Assembly: GCA_038231575.1 (NCBI GenBank)
Contig: JBBRLB010000011.1
Location: 1,488-65,487, forward strand
Direction: 5' to 3'
Source: Opitutales bacterium
GTDB lineage: Bacteria; Verrucomicrobiota; Verrucomicrobiia; Opitutales; Opitutaceae
Length of the DNA stretch: 64,000 nucleotides
Below the pieces are notes generated by a model, which made no database searches, was not told where the DNA came from, and saw nothing but the letters and a program-made list of their open reading frames with translations. The position numbers and the translations under genes were made by a program. Positions 9,192 through 18,790 of this stretch are shown piece by piece. Every line of letters starts with the position of its first letter. Position 1 is the first letter of the stretch.

Positions 9192-10748
9192 GTGTCGAAA
9201 AAGCTCAAGGATATCGGCGTCGTCTCGCTGCTCACGAGCGTGTCGCGCGTGCTCGGGCTCGTGCGCGATCAGCTGGCGACGGCGATTCTGGGCGTGGAAA
9301 GTGGCATCAACGACGCATTTGTCACCGCCTTCAGCATGCCGAATCTTTTTCGCCGGCTGCTCGGGGAGGGTTCGTTGGCGGCGGCATTCGTGCCGACGCT
9401 GCAACACGAGCTGACCGAGCGTGGACGCGAGGGGGCATTCGCGCTGCTCAATCAAGTCACGAGCTGGCTCGCCGTCATAACGAGCGGGCTCGCGGCGCTG
9501 GCGATGTTTCTGGCCAGCCAGTCGCGCCTGCTCGAAGGGCACGATGACAAAGTGTATCTCGCGGCGGATCTGACGGCGCTGCTGTTTCCCTATCTCGTGT
9601 TTGTGTGCCTCGCGGCGGCCATGGGTGCCGCGCTCAACGTGCTCGGGCATTTCACCGAGGCGGCGATTTCTCCCGTCTGGTTGAACCTTTGCATGATCGG
9701 CTCGCTCGCGGGCGCGGGGTGGCTGTGGCGAACGGAAGACTCCGCGATCGCCGCCTGGTTGTGTGGCGGGGTGTTGTGTGGCGGGTTTTTCCAAATGATC
9801 GTGCCGGCCCTTGCCCTGATGCGCGAAGGCTGGCGGCCGCGCTTCGATTTGGGTCGCTCCGCGCGACTTAATGAAATCGTGCGACTCATGGTCCCGGGGC
9901 TCTTCGGCACGGCGATCTACCAAATTAATATTTTCGTTTCGCGCCTGTTCGCATTCTCGGTGCAAAAGGGTGAAGCCTCGGTGTTCTTTTATTCGAACCG
10001 CCTGATGGAACTGCCCATTGGCGTATTCGCGATCGCGGTGGCGACCGTCGTGTATCCGCTGCTGGCAAAACACGCCGCCGAAAAGAATCACGCGGCGATG
10101 GGCCACGACTACCGCCGCGGGGTGCGCCTGATTCTATTGCTCAATGTTCCCGCCGCGGCCGGCCTCGCGTTGCTGAGCGTGCCGATTGTGCGGCTGTTGT
10201 ATGAGCGCGGCCATTTCACGGCGCGGGACACCGCATTGATGGCGCCGCTCGTGGCATGGTTCGCGATCGGCATGCCGTTTTTTGCCGTGACCAGCCTGAT
10301 GACGCGCGCGTTCTATGCCGTCAAAGACACGGTGACGCCCGTGAAGCTCGCGGCCCTCAGCTTTGTGGTGAATGCCGCGCTCGGCTGGGCGCTCAAGGAT
10401 TCGCTGGGTGCGCGTGGCCTCGTGATCGCGAGCACGGTTGCGGTCGTGGTGCAGACAGTTTCGTTGCAACACGTGCTCGGCTCCACGTTGCCGGGGATGG
10501 GGTTTAGCGACGTGTGGACCACGCTCGGAAAGATTTTACTGGCGACCGGCGTGATGGCGGCGGTGGTCGAATCGAGTTGGCTCGCGATCCGAGAGATGCA
10601 CGGCGCCCACGTGATCGCGGTGTTCGGTTTAATCCCGCTGGGCGTGGCAATCTATGCCGCGGCGCTTTGGTTGCTGAAAATTGAAGGTCGCGACGAGTTG
10701 GCTGCCTTGTGGACGCGATTCCGCGGCCGGGGCGCGCGCAACGCATGA
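9192..10748 (+). CDS. murJ: Lipid II flippase MurJ (MviN)
   Basis: VSKKLKDIGVVSLLTSVSRVLGLVRDQLATAILG...AFVTAFSMPNLFRRLLGEGSLAAAFVP. Multi-pass membrane protein. GTG start at 9192. Confidence 0.9.
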   Translation: MSKKLKDIGVVSLLTSVSRVLGLVRDQLATAILGVESGINDAFVTAFSMPNLFRRLLGEGSLAAAFVPTLQHELTERGREGAFALLNQVTSWLAVITSGLAALAMFLASQSRLLEGHDDKVYLAADLTALLFPYLVFVCLAAAMGAALNVLGHFTEAAISPVWLNLCMIGSLAGAGWLWRTEDSAIAAWLCGGVLCGGFFQMIVPALALMREGWRPRFDLGRSARLNEIVRLMVPGLFGTAIYQINIFVSRLFAFSVQKGEASVFFYSNRLMELPIGVFAIAVATVVYPLLAKHAAEKNHAAMGHDYRRGVRLILLLNVPAAAGLALLSVPIVRLLYERGHFTARDTALMAPLVAWFAIGMPFFAVTSLMTRAFYAVKDTVTPVKLAALSFVVNAALGWALKDSLGARGLVIASTVAVVVQTVSLQHVLGSTLPGMGFSDVWTTLGKILLATGVMAAVVESSWLAIREMHGAHVIAVFGLIPLGVAIYAAALWLLKIEGRDELAALWTRFRGRGARNA

Positions 10749-11704
10749 AACTGAAGCCCGATTGGTTTCTGATCGGCATGATCGGGGCGACGGCGCTGGC
10801 CTGGGCGTGGCCGGAGCCGGGCGCGGCAGGCGGGTGGCTGCACCCGGCGATTCTGACGAAGGCGGGCGTCGCCCTGATTTTTTTTCTGCACGGGGTGCTG
10901 CTGTCGTTTGGCGCGATGCGCTCGGGTGCGCTCAACTGGCGGCTGCACGCCGTGGTGCAGGGCTGCACGTTTCTTTTTTTTCCGCTGCTGGGCATCGCGC
11001 TCTACGCGTTGCTCGGCACGAGTATTTCTCCCGAGCTAAAACTCGGCCTCGTTTTCCTTTGTGCGCTGCCGTCCACGGTGTCGTCGTCCGTGGCGATGAC
11101 CGCGACTGCGCGCGGCAACGTCGCCGGCGCCGTCTTCAACGCCACGCTCTCGAGCCTCCTTGGCGTTTTCCTCACGCCGCTGTGGGTCGCGTTTGTTCTG
11201 AAGACCAGCGGGCAAACGCAGCCGCTCGGCCCCGTGATTCTCGACCTGCTGCGGTGGCTCGTGCTGCCGCTCGCGGTTGGCCAGGTGCTCCACCCGTGGC
11301 TCGGCGCGTTCGCCCTGCGCCACAAACCCACGATCAACCTCGTCGACCGCGGGACGATTCTGCTGCTCGTCTACACGTCGTTCTGCGACTCGTTTCAGCA
11401 ACACGTCTGGTCGAACCACGGTTCGGGCCAGATCTGGCTTATCCTGGCCATCTCGATCGCGCTCTTTGCGCTTGCGATGGCGGTGATGTCGGCGGTGTCG
11501 GGCGCGCTGCGGTTTTCCCGCGCAGATAAAATCGCTGCGATGTTCTGCGGTTCAAAGAAGACGCTGGCTTCCGGTGTCCCGATGGCGAAGTTGATCTTCG
11601 GCGCGCATCCCGGCCTCGGCCTGATTCTGCTGCCGATCATGATCTACCATCCGCTGCAGCTTGTGATCTGCGGTGTGCTAGCGGAGCGGTGGGGGCGCAA
11701 GTAA
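10745..11704 (+). CDS. Bile acid:sodium symporter (BASS/YfeH-like) family transporter
   Basis: MKLKPDWFLIGMIGATALAWAWP...AGVALIFFLHGVLLS. The ATGA overlaps the murJ stop. Confidence 0.8.
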   Translation: MKLKPDWFLIGMIGATALAWAWPEPGAAGGWLHPAILTKAGVALIFFLHGVLLSFGAMRSGALNWRLHAVVQGCTFLFFPLLGIALYALLGTSISPELKLGLVFLCALPSTVSSSVAMTATARGNVAGAVFNATLSSLLGVFLTPLWVAFVLKTSGQTQPLGPVILDLLRWLVLPLAVGQVLHPWLGAFALRHKPTINLVDRGTILLLVYTSFCDSFQQHVWSNHGSGQIWLILAISIALFALAMAVMSAVSGALRFSRADKIAAMFCGSKKTLASGVPMAKLIFGAHPGLGLILLPIMIYHPLQLVICGVLAERWGRK

Positions 11705-11722
11705 CCGATATTTTTCCACGAC

Positions 11723-12019
11723 ATGAAACCTGAAGATCCGAACGCGTTCACTGTCCGCCACGATCAAGCGAAGCATCGGTTTGAAGTGGTGTCGGAAGAT
11801 TTCGTGTCTGTGCTCGACTACGAGAGTAGAGCAGGACGCGTGGTCTTTACCCACACCTTTGTGCCACCGGAGTTGCGAGGGCGTGGGCTGGCCGAAAAAT
11901 TGGTGCGCGCTGGCCTCGACTGGGCGCGAACGGAGCGGGTGCGCGTGGTGCCGGTGTGTTCGTATGTGGCCGCGTTTATCGAGCGGCACCCGGAGTTTCG
12001 CGACTTGGTCGCGGAGTAG
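11723..12019 (+). CDS. Small GNAT-family N-acetyltransferase (YjdJ-like)
   Basis: 98 aa. FTHTFVPPELRGRGLAEKLVRAGLDWAR is a typical acetyl-CoA binding segment. Confidence 0.8.
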   Translation: MKPEDPNAFTVRHDQAKHRFEVVSEDFVSVLDYESRAGRVVFTHTFVPPELRGRGLAEKLVRAGLDWARTERVRVVPVCSYVAAFIERHPEFRDLVAE

Positions 12020-12067
12020 CCGGCCCGAGGTTGCGAATCGGAGAGAATCATTTTCCTTTCACGCGTC

Positions 12068-13138
12068 ATGGCCCATCTCTTCGACTCGTTTACCGTCAAG
12101 TCCGTCACGCTCCGTAATCGCATCGGGATTTCCCCGATGTGCATGTATTCGTCGGAGGACGGCGTGGCGAACGACTGGCACCTCGTCCACCTTGGCGCCC
12201 GTGCAGCGGGGGGAGCGGGCCTCGTCATCGCGGAGGCGACAGCGGTCGCACCGGAAGGCCGCATTTCGCCGGGCGATGCGGGAATCTGGGCCGACCAGCA
12301 CGTCGAGCCGCTGGCGCGCATCAACCGCTTTGTGAAATCGCAGGGCGCCGTGGCCGGCCTCCAGATCGCCCACGCCGGACGCAAGGCGAGCGCCGCGCGG
12401 CCGTGGGACGGCAGCGCCCACCTCGAAAATAGCGCCGGAGGCTGGGAAACGGTCGCACCGAGCGCCCTCGCTTACGGCGGCGGCCTGCCCAAGGTGCCGC
12501 ATGCGATGACCCACGTGGAAATCATGCGCGTGCAGCGGGATTTTGTCGCGGCGGCAAAACGCGCGCTGGCCGCGGGCTACGAGTGGCTCGAATTGCACGC
12601 GGCGCACGGCTATCTGTTTCACGAATTTCTCTCGCCGATCTCCAACCTCCGCGCCGATGACTACGGCGGGAGTTTCGAGAATCGTATTCGCTTTCTGTGT
12701 GATACCGCGAAGGCCGTGCGCGCGGTGTGGCCGGACGCGTTGCCGCTGGCGGTCCGCTTGTCCTGCACGGATTGGATGGACGGTGGCTGGACGCTCGATG
12801 AGAGCGTCGAACTCGCGCGCCGGCTCAAGGCTGCCGGGCTGGACCTGATCGATTGTAGTTCGAGTGGCAACGTGCACGCCGCGCGGCCTCCTTCGGGTCC
12901 CGGGTTTCACGTGCCGTTGTCCGACCGCATCCGCCGCGAGGCGGGCATCGCGACCGCCGTCGTCGGTCTCATCACCGACCCGCAACACGCCGACCAGATC
13001 GTGCGCGACGGGCAGGCGGATCTCGTGCTGCTGGCCCGCGAATCGATCCGCGATCCGAACTGGCCGCTGCGGGCGGCGCGGACGTTGAAGGTCGAGCCCC
13101 TGCCGAGTCCGCCCGCTCAATATACTCGCGGTTGGTAG
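12068..13138 (+). CDS. namA: NADPH dehydrogenase / Old Yellow Enzyme family flavin oxidoreductase (YqjM/NamA type)
   Basis: LRNRIGISPMCMYSS...WHLVHLGARAAGGAGLVIAEATAV...LQIAHAGRKAS. Confidence 0.88.
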   Translation: MAHLFDSFTVKSVTLRNRIGISPMCMYSSEDGVANDWHLVHLGARAAGGAGLVIAEATAVAPEGRISPGDAGIWADQHVEPLARINRFVKSQGAVAGLQIAHAGRKASAARPWDGSAHLENSAGGWETVAPSALAYGGGLPKVPHAMTHVEIMRVQRDFVAAAKRALAAGYEWLELHAAHGYLFHEFLSPISNLRADDYGGSFENRIRFLCDTAKAVRAVWPDALPLAVRLSCTDWMDGGWTLDESVELARRLKAAGLDLIDCSSSGNVHAARPPSGPGFHVPLSDRIRREAGIATAVVGLITDPQHADQIVRDGQADLVLLARESIRDPNWPLRAARTLKVEPLPSPPAQYTRGW

Positions 13139-13165
13139 TCCGGCTCGATTTTGATTTTCGCTGTC

Positions 13166-13819
13166 ATGCCGAACGTCATTTCCTCCCAGCAACTCCTCGC
13201 CGCGCTGAACTGGCGTTACGCGGTGAAGAAATTTGACCCGGCGAAAAAGATTCCGGCGGAGACGTGGAGCGCGCTGGAGCAATCGCTCGTGCTGACGCCG
13301 TCGTCGATGGGCGTGCAGCCGTGGAAGTTTTTTGTTGTGACCGATCCGGCGATGAAGACGCGGCTGCTGCCCGCCGCGAAGAACCAGCCGCAGACTGCCG
13401 CGTGCTCGCACTTCGTGGTGTTTGCCGTGCATCTCGATTTGAGCGACTCGCATGTCAGCCGGCACCTCGATCGCATGGCCGAGGTGCGCGGGATTCCGCG
13501 GGAGTCGCTCGATAAATTCCTGCAGATGGCCAAGGGCAACCTCGACGCCGCCCGGGCCGAGGGCACGCTCGATACCTGGCAAAAACACCAGGTGTATATC
13601 GCGCTCGGCACGTTTATGGCCGCCGCCGCGTTACTCGGGATCGATACGTGTCCCATGGAAGGAATTGATCCACCGGTGATGGATGAAGTTCTCGGGATCA
13701 AGGGCACGGCCTTCAGCACGGTGGTCGCCTGCGCGGCCGGCTATCGCGCAGCCGACGACAAATACGCCGCGATGCCGAAGGTGCGGTTCAAGGCGGATGA
13801 TGTCGTGGTGCGGATCTGA
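13166..13819 (+). CDS. Nitroreductase-family NAD(P)H oxidoreductase
   Basis: MPNVISSQQLLAALNWRYAVKKFDP...PSSMGVQPWKFFVV...CPMEGID. ATG at 13166. Confidence 0.85.
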   Translation: MPNVISSQQLLAALNWRYAVKKFDPAKKIPAETWSALEQSLVLTPSSMGVQPWKFFVVTDPAMKTRLLPAAKNQPQTAACSHFVVFAVHLDLSDSHVSRHLDRMAEVRGIPRESLDKFLQMAKGNLDAARAEGTLDTWQKHQVYIALGTFMAAAALLGIDTCPMEGIDPPVMDEVLGIKGTAFSTVVACAAGYRAADDKYAAMPKVRFKADDVVVRI

Positions 13820-13829
13820 GGATAAATGT

Positions 13830-13896
13830 AGGACGTCTGTCCTGCGGACGCCGTGTATGGGTTGGCAGACGACGGCGTCTGCAAGACAGACACCCT
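13830..13896. repeat. About 67-nt imperfect palindrome (REP-like / bidirectional terminator) between convergent genes
   Basis: 5' arm AGGACGTCTGTCCTGCGGACGCCGT. The reverse complement of the 3' arm is AGGGTGTCTGTCTTGCAGACGCCGT. It starts with the same TGTAGG-type head as the palindromes at 51736 and 59278. Confidence 0.6.
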
Positions 13897-13902
13897 CCGC
13901 GA

Positions 13903-14481
13903 TTACGGAGTGGTCGTGAAAACTGCCGCGCGCTCGGTGGCGCTGAGTTGGCGCCATTTTCCCGCGGCGAGATCACCGAGCGGAAAATCGCCGATGCGCG
14001 CGCGAACGAGTCGCAGCGTGGGATGACCGACCACGGCCGTCATGCGCCGGACTTGCCGGTTTTTCCCTTCTATGAGCTCCAACGCGATCCAGCAATCGGG
14101 GACATTTTTCCGAAAGCGAATCGGCGGAACGCGCGGCGCGATCTTCGGGGCGGGGTCGAGCCGCCGTGCGCGGCAGGGGAGGGAAGGATGATCGTCGATT
14201 TTGAGTCCACCGCGACTGAGGCGGGCGAGGGCGTCGTCGGTCGGGATGCGTTCGACTTGAACCCAGTATTCCCGGCGGTGCGCGTTTGCGGGATCGAGGA
14301 GGCGCGAATTGAGGCCGGGCTCGTCGCTGAGCAGCAGCAGACCCTCGGAATCGGCGTCGAGCCGGCCGAGCGCATAGACGTCGCGCGGCAGGGCGAAGTC
14401 CGCCAGGGTGTGCCAGCGCGAACCCGGCTCGGGCGTGAACTGCGAGAGGACGCCGTAGGGTTTGTGAAACGCGAGGAGCAC
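13903..14481 (-). CDS. rluE: rRNA pseudouridine synthase, RsuA/RluE family
   Basis: HKPYGVLSQF...ALGRLDADSEGLLLLSDE...GKNRQVRRM. GTG start. Confidence 0.85.
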   Translation of the reverse strand: MLLAFHKPYGVLSQFTPEPGSRWHTLADFALPRDVYALGRLDADSEGLLLLSDEPGLNSRLLDPANAHRREYWVQVERIPTDDALARLSRGGLKIDDHPSLPCRARRLDPAPKIAPRVPPIRFRKNVPDCWIALELIEGKNRQVRRMTAVVGHPTLRLVRARIGDFPLGDLAAGKWRQLSATERAAVFTTTP

Positions 14482-14591
14482 GGTTCCAGTTAATCGCGGA
14501 AACGCGGCGGAGCGGAAGCACGGAAAGGGCGGGCGGCGTGCATTCGGGCTTGGCGTGGGCGGAAGCGACTGGGAGAACTATCGGACAATTC

Positions 14592-15662
14592 ATGAGCGAC
14601 TCCTCCCGAAATTACGCGTGCGTCATGGCTGGCGGCAGCGGTGAGCGCTTCTGGCCGATGAGCCGCGCGCATGCGCCGAAGCAACTCATCAAGCTCTTTG
14701 GCGACAAAACGCTCCTCGAGGCGACTGTGCACCGGCTCGATGGGGTGGTGCCGCGGGAAAACATCTTCGTCCTGACGAATGAGGTGCAGCTCGCGGGGGC
14801 CCGCGCTGCGCTGCCGATGCTCGCCCCGGAACAAATCGTCGCTGAGCCGGCGAAACGCGACACGGCGCCCGCGGCGGCGCTCGCGACCGCCCTCGTGCGC
14901 GCGCGCGATCCGCGCGGCGTGATGGCGCTGCTGTCCTCGGATGCGATGATTAACAACGCCAAGCGCTGCGGTGAACAGATCGGCGCGGCGCTGGCGCGGG
15001 CGGCCGAGACGGAGGCATTGCTGACGCTGGGCATCCCGCCGACCTATCCGGCCACGGGTTTTGGTTATCTGGAATTGGGCAAGACAGTGGCCACGGGCGC
15101 GGAAAAAAGTGTGATCCGCACGGTGAAGCGCTTTGTGGAAAAGCCCGACACCAAGACGGCGGAGAGCTACGTCAAAAGTGGAAAATATTTTTGGAACGCC
15201 GGCATGTTTGCCTGGAGTGTCAGCGCGTTCCTCGCCGAGGCGGATCGCAGCGCGCCGACCATGGCGACGTTCATCCGCAAATTTCCCGCGAAGAAAGCCG
15301 CGGATTACATCGCCAAAAAATTTCCCACGCTGGAACCAAAGATCTCCCTCGATTTCGCGATTATGGAGAAAGCCAAGGCGGTCGAGACCGTTGTGGCGGA
15401 ATTTGACTGGGACGATGTCGGGCTCTGGACGGCGCTGCCGAAACACGTGGCGACGGATGGCGACGGCAACACGATGAAAGGGCCGGTGCTCCTTTCCGGA
15501 TCGGCGGGCAACATCGTGATCAGCACCGGCCGCATGATCGCGTTATGCGGCGTGAAGGACTTGGTTGTCGTCGAGACGGCGGACGCGGTGCTCGTGTGTC
15601 ATCGCGACGCGGTGCACGATATCAAGAAGCTGACGGGAAAACTGCCCAAGGAATTGCTTTAG
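14592..15662 (+). CDS. manC: Mannose-1-phosphate guanylyltransferase
   Basis: YACVMAGGSGERFWPMSRAHAPKQL...GFGYLE...WNAGMFAW...DFAIMEKA. Confidence 0.88.
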   Translation: MSDSSRNYACVMAGGSGERFWPMSRAHAPKQLIKLFGDKTLLEATVHRLDGVVPRENIFVLTNEVQLAGARAALPMLAPEQIVAEPAKRDTAPAAALATALVRARDPRGVMALLSSDAMINNAKRCGEQIGAALARAAETEALLTLGIPPTYPATGFGYLELGKTVATGAEKSVIRTVKRFVEKPDTKTAESYVKSGKYFWNAGMFAWSVSAFLAEADRSAPTMATFIRKFPAKKAADYIAKKFPTLEPKISLDFAIMEKAKAVETVVAEFDWDDVGLWTALPKHVATDGDGNTMKGPVLLSGSAGNIVISTGRMIALCGVKDLVVVETADAVLVCHRDAVHDIKKLTGKLPKELL

Positions 15663-18600
15663 GCCGCTTCGAGTTCCGACTCTTTCGGCAGACCGAAGCG
15701 ACCGAAGCGCAGCGCGAGCGTCGGGAGGACGAGGAGATTGAGCGCGGTTGACGTCGCGAGGCCGCCGAGGATCACGAGTGCCATCGGACCCTCGATTTCG
15801 CAGCCGGCTTCGTTGCTTTTGAGCGCCAGCGGTAGCAGGCCAAAGGCCGTGACGGTCGCAGTCATCAAGATGGGGACGAGCCGCTCAGACGCGGCGCGGG
15901 TGGCGGTGGCAAGATTCCACGGCAGACCGTCCTGGCTGACGAGGTGTTCGCAGTGCGAAAGGAGCATGATGGCATTGCGCGTGGTGACGCCGAAGAGGGT
16001 GACGAAACCGACCAGCGAGCCCATGTTGAGCACGCCTCCGCCGGGATCGCCGAAGACGGATTTTAGCCAGAGTGCCAGCACGCCGCCAGCGAGCGCAAAC
16101 GGGAGGTTGACGAGAATCACGACGAGGTTGCGCCAGTGTCCGAGGACGACGGCAAGCAGCAGAAGAATCCCGACGGCGGCGATGGCCGAGTGGAGGAGTA
16201 ATTGGCGGGTCGCCGCTTTCTGTGCTTCCGCTGCGCCCGCGAACTGGAGATAAACTCCCTTTTGCAGCGGAACTTTTTCCGCGAGAATCCGGCGCGCGTC
16301 CGCGACAAAGGACTGCACATCGCGGGTGGGATTGCAGGTGATGGTTTGCCGCCGACGCGCGCCATCGTGCAGGATCGAGAACCGGCCCTCGGTCTGATAA
16401 ACATCGGCGATCGCGCGGAGTGGCACGCGCTGGCCCGCGGGTGAGGTGAGGAGGAGTGAACCCAGATCCTCGGGATTTTTGCGGTTCGCAGCGTCGAGGG
16501 TGACGGCGATGTCGTTCACCTCATTATCGCGATAGATCTGCGCGACGACTGTGCCTTGATAGGCGGTGTCGATGGCGTCGAGCACGTCAACCGAGCGAAA
16601 CCCATAGGCCGTGAGTTGGGCCGGCCGCAGCCGAATTGCCAGGCGCGGTGCGCCGGGCGGTGACTTCACCACCACCTCGGCGGCACCGGGCACGGATTCG
16701 AGGGCCTTGGCTACGTCAGCGGCCTTGACGTCGAGGTCATCGAGGTTTTCGCCGTAAAGGTTGACGACGACGGGCGCCGTTTCACCGCTGATGCTTTCGC
16801 CGATGCGGTCGCCAAGGAAGGTGAGGATTTCAAATTGAATGCCGGGTGTGTTCTCGAGCGCTGTGCGAATCTCGCCGGACACGGCTTCCTCCTCGTCACC
16901 GGAGAGCGGTTTGAGTTCGATATGAAACTCGCTTTGGTGGGGGCCCCATGTGTCCTCGCCGAGTTCGGCCCGACCGATCTGTTGCTCGACGGTCAAGATA
17001 TGGGGGTTCGCCAGCAGGGCCTTGGAGACTTGTTCGCCGATGCGCCGCATCTCGGGGAGAGAGGTTCCCGGCGCCGCCGAAACGCCGAGCACGAAGTGCC
17101 CCTCGCGAAATTCCGGCAGCAACGCGCCGCCGAGTGACGACAATCGCGAGAGGGCGAGCACGACGAACAGCAAGACCGTGGCCATGGTCAACCACGGGTG
17201 CCGCGCGACTCCGCCGAGGATTCGTTCGTAGACGTGACGCAAGACCGACTGGAGGCGGGGGGCGGCGGTATCCTGAAGGTGCTTCGAGAAGAAAACGAGC
17301 GTGAGTGCGGGCGTGACGGTCAATGCCGTGGCGAGCGAGGCGAGAATCGCCAGAATGTAAGTCTTGGCGAGCGGCGCGAAGAAACTGCCTTGCAGGCCGG
17401 TGAGCGTCAGCACGGGAAGAAACACGAGCGCGACCACGAAAGTCGCGTAGACCACGGCGCTGCGCACCTCGAGCGAGGCGGAAAGAATCACGGCGAGCGT
17501 GGAGCGAGGACGCACGAGCGTGGAATTTTCCCGCAGGCGGCGCACAATGTTTTCCACGTCAATGATGGCGTCGTCCACCACTTCGCCGATTGCGATGGCG
17601 AGGCCGCCGAGCGTGATGGTGTTGAGCGACACTCCGAACCGGTCCATCACGATGATGGCGGAGAGCAGCGAGAGGGGGATCGCCGCGAGTGAAATCAACG
17701 CGGTGCGGACGTGCCCGAGGAAGAGGAACAGCACGATCGCCACGAGCGCGGCACCGAGGAGCAGGGAACTGCGGATGTGCGAGAGCGACGCTTCGATGAA
17801 CGACGCGGGGCGGTGCAGCTTAGGGTAGGACGTAATGCCTTCGCGCTCAATCAGTGGCTTGAGATCCTCGAGGGCGGCCTCGAGGAGCTTGGTGACGTCC
17901 ATCGTGTTCGCGCCGTATTGGGTCTTGAGCGTGAGGAGGACGCCGGGCCGGCCCATGATTAGCGAGTCGCCGAACTTGGGCGCCGCACCGTAAGACACCG
18001 TGGCGACATCCTTCAACCGCACGGGCGCGCTGGACGCGCTCAGAACGACCGCGATGTTACCAATGTCTTCCGGGGTTACCAGCTGACCTTCCGTCTGGAG
18101 CACCACGCGCTGGTTGGCGGTCTCGATATAACCGCCGCCGCGAACCCCCGTCGCGGTGCGGGCGGCGTTGAGCACGTCGGTGATCGTCAGGTTGCGGGCG
18201 AGAAGTTGATCGGAGTGAACCTGAATCTGCAACGCGCGCACGTCGCCACCAAACACGGTGCAGCCGGCGACGCCGGGCACGGCGAGGAGGCGAGGCTTCA
18301 CGGTCCAGTCGGCAAACGTGCGCAATTCCATCGGCGACATTTTTTCGCTCAGCAGACCGATCTTGAGCACATCCATCGTCGAGGAATAGAGGGGCGACAT
18401 CTTTGGCGAGTGCACCCCCGCAGGCAGCGAGCCGGCGATCTCGCCGAGTTTTTCCCCGAGCGTTTGGCGCGCGAGGTGAATGTCACTGCCCTCCTTGAAG
18501 ACGACGGTGATGACCGAGAGGCCTTGAATGGTTTCCGAGCGCAGCGATTCCTGCGCGCCGAGGCCGTTGATCGCGTTTTCGACGGGGCGGGTGACGAGTG

Positions 18601-18787
18601 TCTCCACTTGCTCGGGCGAGAGGCCGGGCGCTTCCGTCTGCACCGTCACCTGCGGCGGCACGAAGTCGGGAAACACGTCGAGCTTCGCGTGCGCGGCCAC
18701 CCAAATGCCGTAGGCGACGACGAGGCAGGCGAGAGTCAGCACCACGCCGCGAAACCGCAGCGAAAACTGGACGATGGCTTGCAGCAT
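15659..18787 (-). CDS. czcA: CusA/CzcA-family heavy-metal RND efflux pump, inner-membrane subunit
   Basis: 1042 aa. MLQAIVQFSLRFRGVVL...LDVFPDFVPPQVTVQTEAPGLSPEQVETLVTRPVE. Confidence 0.92.
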   Translation of the reverse strand: MLQAIVQFSLRFRGVVLTLACLVVAYGIWVAAHAKLDVFPDFVPPQVTVQTEAPGLSPEQVETLVTRPVENAINGLGAQESLRSETIQGLSVITVVFKEGSDIHLARQTLGEKLGEIAGSLPAGVHSPKMSPLYSSTMDVLKIGLLSEKMSPMELRTFADWTVKPRLLAVPGVAGCTVFGGDVRALQIQVHSDQLLARNLTITDVLNAARTATGVRGGGYIETANQRVVLQTEGQLVTPEDIGNIAVVLSASSAPVRLKDVATVSYGAAPKFGDSLIMGRPGVLLTLKTQYGANTMDVTKLLEAALEDLKPLIEREGITSYPKLHRPASFIEASLSHIRSSLLLGAALVAIVLFLFLGHVRTALISLAAIPLSLLSAIIVMDRFGVSLNTITLGGLAIAIGEVVDDAIIDVENIVRRLRENSTLVRPRSTLAVILSASLEVRSAVVYATFVVALVFLPVLTLTGLQGSFFAPLAKTYILAILASLATALTVTPALTLVFFSKHLQDTAAPRLQSVLRHVYERILGGVARHPWLTMATVLLFVVLALSRLSSLGGALLPEFREGHFVLGVSAAPGTSLPEMRRIGEQVSKALLANPHILTVEQQIGRAELGEDTWGPHQSEFHIELKPLSGDEEEAVSGEIRTALENTPGIQFEILTFLGDRIGESISGETAPVVVNLYGENLDDLDVKAADVAKALESVPGAAEVVVKSPPGAPRLAIRLRPAQLTAYGFRSVDVLDAIDTAYQGTVVAQIYRDNEVNDIAVTLDAANRKNPEDLGSLLLTSPAGQRVPLRAIADVYQTEGRFSILHDGARRRQTITCNPTRDVQSFVADARRILAEKVPLQKGVYLQFAGAAEAQKAATRQLLLHSAIAAVGILLLLAVVLGHWRNLVVILVNLPFALAGGVLALWLKSVFGDPGGGVLNMGSLVGFVTLFGVTTRNAIMLLSHCEHLVSQDGLPWNLATATRAASERLVPILMTATVTAFGLLPLALKSNEAGCEIEGPMALVILGGLATSTALNLLVLPTLALRFGRFGLPKESELEAA

Positions 18788-18790
18788 GGC

